64,000 nt of DNA from an uncultured Chloroflexia bacterium (GTDB taxonomy: Bacteria; Chloroflexota; Limnocylindria; Limnocylindrales; CSP1-4), in assembly GCA_963816905.1 (NCBI GenBank), contig CAWFMQ010000009.1, forward strand, positions 20,142-84,141, written 5' to 3'. The notes under the pieces are model-generated. The model ran no database searches. It was not told where the DNA came from and saw nothing but the letters and a program-made list of their open reading frames with translations. Within the stretch, counting starts at the first letter, position 1; every line of letters starts with the position of its first letter. This document shows, piece after piece, positions 50,589 through 59,665 of the stretch. The translations under genes were made by a program, and so were the position numbers.

Positions 50589-51626
50589 GTGACGAACGAC
50601 AGGTACATTCGGGCGGCTCGCCGCGAGCCGGTGGACGTCACCCCGGTCTGGTTCATGCGCCAGGCCGGGCGCTCGCTGCCCGAGTTCCGTGCCGTCCGGG
50701 CGAAGGCGTCGCTCCTCGAGATCACGCGCGATCCGGCACTCTGCGCCGAGGTGACGCTGCAGCCGGTTGGCCGGCTCGATGTCGACGCAGCGATCCTGTT
50801 CGCCGACATCACCACGCCGTTCGCCGGGCTCGGGGTGGCGTTCGACATCAAGCCTGGCGTCGGCCCGGTGATCGAGCAGCCGATCACCTCGGCGGCTGAC
50901 GTCGGACGGCTGCTGCCGTTCGATCCGGAGGCGGCGGTCGGCCCGTTGCTCGACGCGATCCGGCTGATCCGGGGTACGTCGCCGGTCCCACTGATCGGCT
51001 TTGCCGGCGCGCCGTTCACGCTCGCGTGCTACCTGGTCGAGGGCGGCCCGTCGCGCGACTTCCTGAAGACGCGGACGTTCATGCACGCCGAACCGGACGG
51101 CTGGTCGGCCCTGATGGACGCGCTGGTCGACATGACGATCCTGTACCTGCGAGCGCAGGTCGCGGCCGGTGTCCAGGCTGTCCAGGTCTTTAATTCGTGG
51201 GTCGGCGGGCTCGGCCCACGCGACTACGAACGGAGCGTGGGGCCCTGGATGCGGCGGCTGTTCGAGGCGCTGGCACCACTCGGGGTACCGGTGACCCACT
51301 TCGGGGTCGGCACGGCAGGCCTGCTGCGCCTCCAGGCGGCAGCCGGCGGCGACGTCATCGGGCTCGACTGGCGGATCGCGCTCGACGAGGGCTGGGCGCT
51401 GGTCGGGGAACGGGCGGTCCAGGGGAACCTGGACCCGGCGCTGCTCCTGGGTCCGTTCGAGACGGTCGCGGAGGCGGCGCGCTGGATCCTGGACCTCGCG
51501 GGCGGACGGCCGGGCCACATCTTCAACCTTGGCCACGGCGTGCTGCCGCAGACGGACGCCGACGACCTGCGACGGCTGGTCGACCTGGTCCACGAGCACG
51601 CTCTCGTGCCCGAAGGCGCGTCATGA
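50589..51626 (+). CDS. hemE: Uroporphyrinogen decarboxylase
   Basis: PVWFMRQAGRSLPE, AILFADI, GAPFTLA.Y, QGNLDP, FNLGHG. Confidence 0.96.
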   Translation: MTNDRYIRAARREPVDVTPVWFMRQAGRSLPEFRAVRAKASLLEITRDPALCAEVTLQPVGRLDVDAAILFADITTPFAGLGVAFDIKPGVGPVIEQPITSAADVGRLLPFDPEAAVGPLLDAIRLIRGTSPVPLIGFAGAPFTLACYLVEGGPSRDFLKTRTFMHAEPDGWSALMDALVDMTILYLRAQVAAGVQAVQVFNSWVGGLGPRDYERSVGPWMRRLFEALAPLGVPVTHFGVGTAGLLRLQAAAGGDVIGLDWRIALDEGWALVGERAVQGNLDPALLLGPFETVAEAARWILDLAGGRPGHIFNLGHGVLPQTDADDLRRLVDLVHEHALVPEGAS

Positions 51627-52584
51627 CCGCCGGGCAATCCCCCGCGCCCCGCGACGCGGTCCTCCTGATGGCCTACGGTGGGCCGGGGACGCTCGACCAG
51701 GTCGAGGCGTACTACACCGATATTCGTCGCGGCAATCCGCCGCCGGCGGCGCTCCTCGAGGAGTTGCTCGGCCGGTACCGGGCGATCGGCGGAAGTTCAC
51801 CGCTGTCCGGGATCGTCGAGCGGCAGCGGGCCGCGCTCGCGAGCGGAACTGGCGACGCGGAGCCGGCCGCTGCCCGTCTATGCCGGGATGCGCCACATCG
51901 ATCCACGGATCGGCGCGATCGTCGAGGGCATGGCGGCGGACGGCGTCGATCAATTCGTGGCGATCGCGCTCGCTCCGCAGCGCTCGTCCAACGCAGCGGG
52001 CTACCGGCGGGCAGTCGAGGCCGGCCTCGCGAAGCTCGGAGCGGGTGCGCCCGTGTGCGTCCATGTCGACTCGTGGCACGACGAGCCGCGCTTCATCGAG
52101 GCGCTCGCCACGGCGACCCTCGAGGCGATCGGCCGGTTCGAGGCCCCGGAACGGGTTCGCGTCGTGTTCACGGCCCACAGCCTGCCGGCTCGCGTGCTCA
52201 CCGAGGGCGACCAGTATCCGCACGAGGTCGCCCGAACGGCCGCATTGGTCGCCGAACGGATCGGCGGTCGCGCCTTCGACGTCGCGTTCCAGAGCGCCGG
52301 GCGCACGGACGAGCCCTGGCTGGGCCCGGACCTTCGCGACGAGATCGATCGACTTGCCCGGCTCGGGGCCCGCGACCTGGTGGTCTGCCCGGTCGGTTTC
52401 GTCGCCGACCACCTCGAGATCCTCTACGACATCGACATCGAGGCGCAGACCGTCGCTCGAAGAGGCCGGCGTTCGACTCGAACGGGCTCGTTCCATGAAC
52501 GACGACCCGACCTTCATCGCGGGGCTGGCTGACGTCGCGCTGTCGGCGCTCGACCCGGCCCGGCCAATCGACAGCAGCAAATAA
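51623..52584 (+). CDS. hemH: Ferrochelatase (coproporphyrin type likely), frameshifts near 51860 and 52460
   Basis: LLMAYGGP, GMRH, FTAHSLP, FQSAG, WLGP, GFVADHLEILYDIDIE. Confidence 0.93.
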
Positions 52585-52595
52585 GGGGCGAAATC

Positions 52596-53825
52596 ATGGA
52601 CAGGGTCATCGACCGACCGGCGACCGCCGGGGCCGGCGCGCGCCCGGGCAGCCATGCCGGACATCCCGGTGGCCATCCGGCGGGGATCGGCGCCGTCGGC
52701 TCGGTCAAGCCGGAGGGCTACGTCTACACCCGCGCCCCGATGCTCGTCTACTGGGAGACGACGCTGTCCTGCGGCCTGACCTGCCGCCATTGCCGCGCCG
52801 AGGCGATGCCCGAGCGCGCTCCCGACGAACTGACGACCGACGAGGGTTTCGCGCTCCTCGATCAGATCCTCGAATTCGGGAAGCCGTACCCGCACATCGT
52901 GTTCACCGGCGGCGACCCGCTCCGGCGGCCGGACCTGGAGACCCTCGTCGAGGCTGCCACCGCGCGCGGGATCGGCGCGTCGCTGGCGCCGGCGGCCACG
53001 ACCGACATGACGCTGGAGCGGCTGCGGGCGCTGAAGGCTGCCGGGATCCAGACGACGTCGCTCTCCATCGACGGCTCGGACGCCGAGCGCCACGACGCCT
53101 TCCGCGGCGTGCCCGGCACGTTCGAGGCGACGATTCGCGCGGCCGGCTGGATGCACGAGGTCGGCCTGCCGCTGCAGGTGAACACGCTGGTGACGGACGA
53201 GACGCTCCCCGACCTGCCGGCGATCCACGAGCTGATGGGAACCCTGGGGATCATCCGCTGGAGCCTCTTCTTCCTGATCTCCGTGGGACGCGGCACCGAC
53301 CTGCGTGAGATCTCCCCGGTCGACTCGGAGCGGCTCAACCACTGGCTCTACGACCTGTCGAAGACGTCGCCCTTCGCGATCAAGACGACGGAGGCCACGC
53401 ACTACCGGCGAGTGGCGATCCGGCGGATGGAGGCGGAAGGCATGGACGAGGCGGCGATCGCCGCCACTTCGGTCGGGCGCGGGTTCGGGGTCCGGGACGG
53501 CAACGGCATCATGTTCATCGCCAACAACGGCTACGTCTTCCCGTCCGGCTTCCTGCCGCTGCCGACGGGCAACGTCCGGACCGACGACATCGTCCGGCTG
53601 TACCGCCGACACCCGGTCTTCACCGCGCTCCGCGACACGACCCAGTACCGCGGCCGCTGCGGGGAGTGCCAGTACCTGCAGGTGTGCGGCGGGTCGCGTG
53701 CCCGCGCCTACGCCTGGACCGGCGACTACCTGGAGACGGACCCGCTCTGCCCGTTCGTGCCGGCGACCGGCGGACACGGAGCGACGCTGAGTGCCGGTCC
53801 GGCGCCGGTCGCCCCGGTGCCGTGA
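52596..53825 (+). CDS. Radical SAM/SPASM protein (AhbD/NirJ-like)
   Basis: YWETTLSCGLTCRHCRA, TGGDPL, SIDG, C-terminal CGECQYLQVCGGSRARAY..DPLC. Confidence 0.9.
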   Translation: MDRVIDRPATAGAGARPGSHAGHPGGHPAGIGAVGSVKPEGYVYTRAPMLVYWETTLSCGLTCRHCRAEAMPERAPDELTTDEGFALLDQILEFGKPYPHIVFTGGDPLRRPDLETLVEAATARGIGASLAPAATTDMTLERLRALKAAGIQTTSLSIDGSDAERHDAFRGVPGTFEATIRAAGWMHEVGLPLQVNTLVTDETLPDLPAIHELMGTLGIIRWSLFFLISVGRGTDLREISPVDSERLNHWLYDLSKTSPFAIKTTEATHYRRVAIRRMEAEGMDEAAIAATSVGRGFGVRDGNGIMFIANNGYVFPSGFLPLPTGNVRTDDIVRLYRRHPVFTALRDTTQYRGRCGECQYLQVCGGSRARAYAWTGDYLETDPLCPFVPATGGHGATLSAGPAPVAPVP

Positions 53826-55334
53826 CCGTCCTCGTCGTCGGCGGCGGGATCACGGGCCTGACCGCGGCGTACGAATTGGCAAAGGCCGGCGTTCCTGTGA
53901 CGCTGGTCGAGGCGGCCGACAGCCTCGGCGGCAAGGTGCAGACAGAGCGCGTCGACGGGTTCGTGGTCGAGGCGGGCCCGGACTCCTTCGTCGGCTACCG
54001 GCCGGCGGCGCTGGAGCTGTGCCGGGAACTCGGGCTCGCCGACTCGATCATCCGGCCGACCGAGCCGCGCGTCGTCACCGTGCTGGTCGGCGGGCGGTTT
54101 GTGAAGCTGCCCGACGGGATGGGCCTCGTCCTGCCGACGCGGATGTGGCCGTTCATCACGACGCGCATGTTCTCCTGGCCGGAGAAGCTGTCCATGGGCC
54201 GAGACCTCCTGCTGCCGCGCGGACGGAGCGACACAGACGTGGCCATCGGGCCGTACCTCCGGCATCGACTCGGGGGCGCGCTCGTGGAACGGTTGGCCGG
54301 CCCGCTCATCGGCGGCGTCTACGGCACGCCGATCGACGAGTTGAGCCTGGACGCCGTCGTGCCGCAGCTCCGCCAGGCGGTTCGCGACCATCGCTCGCTG
54401 CTGTTGGCGAGCCTCGCGTCGGGCCGGGCGCGGAAGCGGGCAGGCGGCGGGGGCGGTTCGCCGTTCGTCACGCTGGCCGGCGGCACGGGCCAGATCATCG
54501 AAGGGCTGGTGGCTGCGCTCGAGGCGCTGCCGGCGGCCGGTATTCGAACTGGCCACCGCGTGCGGGAGCTGGGCCGGCGAAACAGCGGGGGATTCGACGT
54601 CCGGCTCGACCGTGGTGAGGTGCTGCAGGCCGAAGCGGTCGTGGTGGCGTCGCCCGCGCCGGTGGCCGCCGCCCTGCTCGATGCGCTGGCTCCGGCGGCG
54701 TCCGCTTCCATCCGCGCCATCCCGCACGGCTCGACCGGGGTCGTCTCGCTCGGCTATCGCGAGGACCAGTTCCCGGCGCCGGTGGTGGGCCACGGGTTCC
54801 TGGTCGCCGAAGGTGAGCCGCTCACGATCAGCGCCTGTACGGTGAGCTCGCGCAAGTGGACCGGGCGCGCACCGGACGGGACGGTGCTGCTGCGGGCGTT
54901 CATCGGCTCGCATGGGGCGGGGGTTCTCGCCGGCTCCGACGACGAGATTGCGGCGGCGGCGCGCCACGACATCGAGGCCACGATGGGCGCGCGGGGCGAA
55001 CCGATCATGACGCGGGTCTCGCGCTGGGTCGACGCGATGCCGAAGTACACGGTCGGGCACCTCGAGCGCGTCGGTGCGGCGTTCGACGGGGTCGCGGAGT
55101 TGCCGAACCTCGCCCTGGCAGGGGGCGCCTACCGGGGCGTCGGCCTGCCCGACTGCATTGCGCAGGGTCGCTCGGCGGCGGCTCGAATTCCTGGATGCAC
55201 TCGGCGGAGCGGACCCGGAGCCTGCGGCGGACGAGGCCGAGGCGGCGTCGGAGGCCGGAGCGGAACGGCGCGCCGCCCTGCCGCCCGTGCCCGGCCCGGC
55301 TCGGCAACCGCGGACTGTCGTCGCGGGATCGTAG
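53822..55334 (+). CDS. hemY: Protoporphyrinogen/coproporphyrinogen oxidase (HemY/CgoX type), frameshift near 55190
   Basis: VVGGGITGL, LGGKVQT, EAGPDSF, GVY, MPKYTVGH, GVGLPDCI.QG. Confidence 0.93.
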
Positions 55335-55381
55335 GGCCCCGGACCGGCGGCGCGGCCCAGGTCGGTCGCCCCCGTTCAGCC

Positions 55382-55954
55382 TCACTCCCGGGCGGGAATC
55401 ACTCCGCTCGGGGCACTCTCACCGAGGCCCAGCTCCGTCCTCGTGAACAGCGCATCCAGCCGCGTTCCCGACTCCGCGAGTCGCTCGGCCCCGCCGTCCT
55501 CACGATCGACGACGGCGAGCACCGTGTCCACGACCGCGCCGGCGGCCCGGAGCGCCGCAAGCGCCTCGATCGCGGCCCCGGCCGTCGTGACCACGTCCTC
55601 GACGAGGAGGACTCGTTCGCCGGCGACCAGTTCGCCCTCGATCGACCTGGCCGTCCCGTGCTCCTTGGCGTCGACCCGGACGAGCACGGCCGGCAGGCCG
55701 GTCGCGAGCGACAGCGAAATGGCGAGCGGCACCGCTCCCAGCACCGTGCCGGCGATTCGCTGGGTGCCCGCCGGGACGCGGGGCACCAGTGCCTCCGTCA
55801 GCCGCGCGAGCAGCGCCGGGCGCGTGGTGAGGCGGTACTTGTCGATGTAGTAGTCGCTGACGGCGCCGGACCGGAGCACGAACCGGCCGCGCAGCACGGC
55901 CGCCTCGACGACATCCCGGCCGAGCGATTCCAGGTCGAGCCGCGCGTCAGCCAT
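55382..55954 (-). CDS. pyrE: Orotate phosphoribosyltransferase
   Basis: GRFVLRSG..SDYYIDK, KEHG, LLVEDVVTT.G. Confidence 0.93.
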   Translation of the reverse strand: MADARLDLESLGRDVVEAAVLRGRFVLRSGAVSDYYIDKYRLTTRPALLARLTEALVPRVPAGTQRIAGTVLGAVPLAISLSLATGLPAVLVRVDAKEHGTARSIEGELVAGERVLLVEDVVTTAGAAIEALAALRAAGAVVDTVLAVVDREDGGAERLAESGTRLDALFTRTELGLGESAPSGVIPARE

Positions 55955-57038
55955 CAAGTGCCGCGCCGACGCCGACCGGCCCAGCGTTGGGCGGCGCGGC
56001 CGCATCGCCGACCGTGTCCACGATTGCGGCCGGAGGGACATCCCCGGCCTCCGAGCGCAGGTACTGCAGGCCGCGACGCTCGGGCACGCGGTACCGCTCG
56101 ACCTGCCCGATCAGTCGCCGGATCCGCAGGCCCTCCAGCGGGCCCATGGCGTAGAGCGGCATCGGACGGAGCCACACCGCGCTCCCGAGGCTGACGGCGT
56201 CCGCGCCTGCCCAGAAGAACTCTCGGCAGTCGTCGAAGTCGCGGATCCCCGCCGAAGCGATGATCGGCAGTTGGATGCCGGCCTCGCGCAGCTCGGAAAC
56301 CACCCGCAACCCGATCGGCTTGATCGCCCGCCCCGACAGCCCGCCGTAACCGTTCTTGAGCCAGGGATGACCGGTCTGTGGGTCAAGGCGCAGCGCCTTG
56401 ACCGTGTTGATGGCCATGATCGCCGCGACACCGTACCGTTCGCCGAGGCGGGCGTGCTCGATGTAGTCGTAGTCGGGCGAGAGCTTCAGGATCACCGGAT
56501 GCCGGCTGGCCGGCACGGCGCGCGCCAGCACGTCCTCCACGATCGTCTCGAACGGGAAGTTGACGTTGTGGCAGGAGACGTTGAACTCGACCGCCGCGAT
56601 CTTCCCGGGCGCGGCGCGTTCGTTGACGATCTCCACGAGTTCGACGAACTCGTCGCCGGAGAACCCCCCGAGGCTGATGATCCGGTTCAGGCCGGCCGTC
56701 CGAGGAAAGTAGTCCTCGAAGTAGGCGTCGATGCCGATGTTCGACCAGCCGAACGCATTGATCCAACCGGCGTCCACGCGCCGGACGGCGCGCCCGTACA
56801 TGCCCAGGAGCTGGCGGAACTCGGTCGGCTTCCAGTCCTCGCGCAGCGTGAAGTTGCCGGCTCGCGGCTCGCGCGTCAGGGTCCGCGTCACGACGGCGCC
56901 GAATCGATCCAGCGGCACCCACTGCGCGATCGGACTGAGGCCGTAGAGGATCAGGCGGCCCTTCGGCGCGCCGTACCCCAGCAGGCTGGCAGAGGTGAGC
57001 AGGCGGTTCCGGAGCGGGATCCCGTTGAGGTCAATCAT
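55947..57038 (-). CDS. pyrD: Dihydroorotate dehydrogenase class 1-like (divergent)
   Basis: EFNVSCHN, KLSPD, INT, GGLSGRAIKP, adjacent to pyrE. Confidence 0.8.
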   Translation of the reverse strand: MIDLNGIPLRNRLLTSASLLGYGAPKGRLILYGLSPIAQWVPLDRFGAVVTRTLTREPRAGNFTLREDWKPTEFRQLLGMYGRAVRRVDAGWINAFGWSNIGIDAYFEDYFPRTAGLNRIISLGGFSGDEFVELVEIVNERAAPGKIAAVEFNVSCHNVNFPFETIVEDVLARAVPASRHPVILKLSPDYDYIEHARLGERYGVAAIMAINTVKALRLDPQTGHPWLKNGYGGLSGRAIKPIGLRVVSELREAGIQLPIIASAGIRDFDDCREFFWAGADAVSLGSAVWLRPMPLYAMGPLEGLRIRRLIGQVERYRVPERRGLQYLRSEAGDVPPAAIVDTVGDAAAPPNAGPVGVGAALDG

Positions 57039-57123
57039 CTCGCGCAGCGTACAGGACGGCGGCGGGGGCATGCGCCTCGATACTTCGATACTTCGCCACG
57101 CCAGGCTGTGCGACCATCCGGCG

Positions 57124-58047
57124 ATGACCGGTCGCGTCGAACCGCACCCCGTCCTCGGCTTCTACGGGCCCGGCACGGCCATGTGGCACATCAACCGAGA
57201 GGCTGTACTGCTCGCCGCCGGGCCTGCCGCACTGCTCATGCAGATCGCCCACCCACTCGTTGCGGAGGGAGTCGCGCAGCACAGCGGGTTCGAGGCGGAT
57301 CCGTTCGGGCGACTGCGGCGCACGCTGCACACGACAATGGACCTCACGTTCGGCGGCGGAGCGACCGCGGAGCGCGCCGTCGCCCGGCTGAACGGCGTGC
57401 ATGCGGCGGTCCGTGGCACCGTGGGTGACGCCGAGGCGCGTCGGGCGACAGGGGCGGCCGCCTATCGCGCGCTCGACCCGGAACTGCTGCTCTGGGTGCA
57501 GGCCACGCTGATCGTGACCGGAGCGCAAGCGTACGAGCGCTGGGTCGGTCCGCTCCGCGATGGCGATCGCGAGGCCCTCTGGCAGGAGGCGCGGGCAGTC
57601 GGAATGCGCCTCGGCATCCCGCTCGATCGATCGCCCGTCGACTGGCCGGCCCTGGCCGACTACTGGGACGCCATGCTCGCCCCCGGCGGCCCCGTCCGGG
57701 TGACCCCGACTGCGCGCCTTCTTGCGCCGTCGATCCTGCGCCCGCCGATTCCGTTCGTGCCCGGCAGCCTGGTGGAACTGGCGAACCTGCCCGGCCTGTC
57801 GCTGCTCCCGGAGCGCATTCGCGACGAGTTTGGAATCCGCTGGACGCCGGCCCACGAGGCCGCCGCGCGATCGATGAGCCGCGGCATGCGCCTGTGGGTC
57901 AGGCTGATGCCGCGGTCGTGGCGGTCGATGCCGCAGGCCCGCGCCGCCGATCGCAGGACGTGGCCGGTCACCCGGGCGGCCCCGGCCGGAGCGGGCTCGA
58001 CCGGTACAATCGACCGCGAACCACCCGAGGAGCCCGCCCGTGCCTGA
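57124..58047 (+). CDS. MpaB/DUF2236 oxygenase-like protein
   Basis: AGPAALLMQIAHPLVAEGV.QHS.F..DPFGRL..T, YRALDPELLLWV.ATL. Confidence 0.88.
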   Translation: MTGRVEPHPVLGFYGPGTAMWHINREAVLLAAGPAALLMQIAHPLVAEGVAQHSGFEADPFGRLRRTLHTTMDLTFGGGATAERAVARLNGVHAAVRGTVGDAEARRATGAAAYRALDPELLLWVQATLIVTGAQAYERWVGPLRDGDREALWQEARAVGMRLGIPLDRSPVDWPALADYWDAMLAPGGPVRVTPTARLLAPSILRPPIPFVPGSLVELANLPGLSLLPERIRDEFGIRWTPAHEAAARSMSRGMRLWVRLMPRSWRSMPQARAADRRTWPVTRAAPAGAGSTGTIDREPPEEPARA

Positions 58048-59308
58048 ACAGGATCTTGCTCGCCGTGCCGTCGTGACCGGCGTCGGCGCCGTTACGCCGA
58101 TCGGCAACGACCACGCCACCTTCTGGAAGAACCTCGTCGCCGGCGTCAGCGGCGGCGGACCGATCACGTCCTTCGATCCGTCGGCCTATGACGTGCGCAT
58201 CGCCGCCGAGGTCAAGGGGTTCGACCCGACGATCGCGATGGATCGCAAGATGGCCCGCCGAATGAGCCGGTTCATCCACCTGGCCATGGCGTCCGGCAAG
58301 GAGGCCGTCGCCGATGCCGGCCTCGGGTTCGCGGACTGGAGCCCCGAACGGCGCGACCGGGTCGCGGTGTGCGTCAACACCAGCGGTGGCGGGCAGGAGC
58401 AGGTCCTCGACGGGACCGTGACGCTCAACACCAAGGGCCCACGACAGGTCAGCCCGTTTGCGATCCCGGCGCTGTCGGGTTCGATGGCGGCCTGCCTGTT
58501 GTCGATGGAATACGGGCTCACCGGCCCCGTCATCACCCAGGTTGCCGCGTGTGCAAGCTCGGTGATCGCGTTCCTGGACGGCCTGCGGTTGATCCAGCGC
58601 GGCGAGGTCGACGTCGTCATCGCCGGCGGCACGGAGGCGCCCCTGCTGCCGATCGCGTTCGCGGCGCTCTCGAACATGGGCGCCCTGTCCAAGCGCAACG
58701 ACGATCCCGAGCATGCGTCCCGGCCGTTCGACCGCGACCGCGATGGCTTCGTCTTCGGCGAGGGTGCCGGCGTGGTGATCCTGGAGAGCGCGCAGCACGC
58801 GCTGGAACGCGGTGCGACGATCCACTGCGAGGTCATCGGAGCCGGCATGACGGCCGACGCCTTCCACATCTCGGCGCCGGAACCGACGGGCCGCGGTGCC
58901 TGCATGGCGATGACGAAGGCGATGAAGGACGCGGGCGTCGCACCCGACGAGATCGACTACGTGGTGGCCCACGGAACGTCGACACCCCTCAACGACGTAA
59001 CGGAGACGCGGTCGATCAAGGCGGCATTCGGAGCCCATGCCCACAGGCTGGCGATCAGTTCGCCGAAGTCGATGGTCGGGCACATGCTCGGGGCGGCCGG
59101 CGTGGTCAGCGCGCTCACGGCGATCGGCGCCATCCGCGAAAACGTCGTCCCGCCGACAATCAATCTGCAGAACCCGGACCTGCCGGAGTGCGACCTGGAC
59201 TACGTGCCGAACGTGGCCCGGCAGATGCGCGTCGACACGGCGATGATCAACGGGTTCGGCTTCGGCGGCCAGAACGCGGTGGCGGTCTTCCGGCGCTTCG
59301 AGGTGTAG
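58040..59308 (+). CDS. fabF: 3-oxoacyl-ACP synthase II
   Basis: VVTGVG, AACASS, PFDRDRDGFV.GEG, AHGTSTP, GHMLGAAG, NGFGFGG. Confidence 0.95.
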   Translation: MPEQDLARRAVVTGVGAVTPIGNDHATFWKNLVAGVSGGGPITSFDPSAYDVRIAAEVKGFDPTIAMDRKMARRMSRFIHLAMASGKEAVADAGLGFADWSPERRDRVAVCVNTSGGGQEQVLDGTVTLNTKGPRQVSPFAIPALSGSMAACLLSMEYGLTGPVITQVAACASSVIAFLDGLRLIQRGEVDVVIAGGTEAPLLPIAFAALSNMGALSKRNDDPEHASRPFDRDRDGFVFGEGAGVVILESAQHALERGATIHCEVIGAGMTADAFHISAPEPTGRGACMAMTKAMKDAGVAPDEIDYVVAHGTSTPLNDVTETRSIKAAFGAHAHRLAISSPKSMVGHMLGAAGVVSALTAIGAIRENVVPPTINLQNPDLPECDLDYVPNVARQMRVDTAMINGFGFGGQNAVAVFRRFEV

Positions 59309-59665
59309 CTCGGGCAGGCACCGCGTCGCTCCTCCCTGGTTCCAATCAGATTCCCACACAGTGCGCGTTACGCAGAATGCGACGCTCTTCCATCGGCTCG
59401 GACGCGTTCGGCCGCGCGTTTGTGAGCGTGGATTCGCGTGGCGAGGGCGAGCCGGCAGGTCGATCGGCAGACTTCGTCCGCCGATGCTCCTCTTTATGCG
59501 CACCCTACGGGAATCCGATCGAAGAATCGGGCCGTGGGCGTCCCCAATGTGCACGTGCCGGGAATCTGACGGAACATCCGCCAGAATCTTCGACTTGGTG
59601 CACCAGGCGGGAATCCCCGGGGCGTGGCCTGCCGGTCCGCGGTCGCGGCCGCACGCGCAACCTGA

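Noticed and set aside
7308-55334. Frameshifts in at least 12 genes (FAD oxidoreductase, DUF1365, glpA, GT87, asnA, EEP, ppgK, MFS, HTH, hemA, hemH, hemY) as pseudogenes or programmed frameshifts
   Set aside because: They are scattered across unrelated and essential genes with intact motifs on both sides and no slippery-site pattern. Long-read indel error is the simplest explanation.
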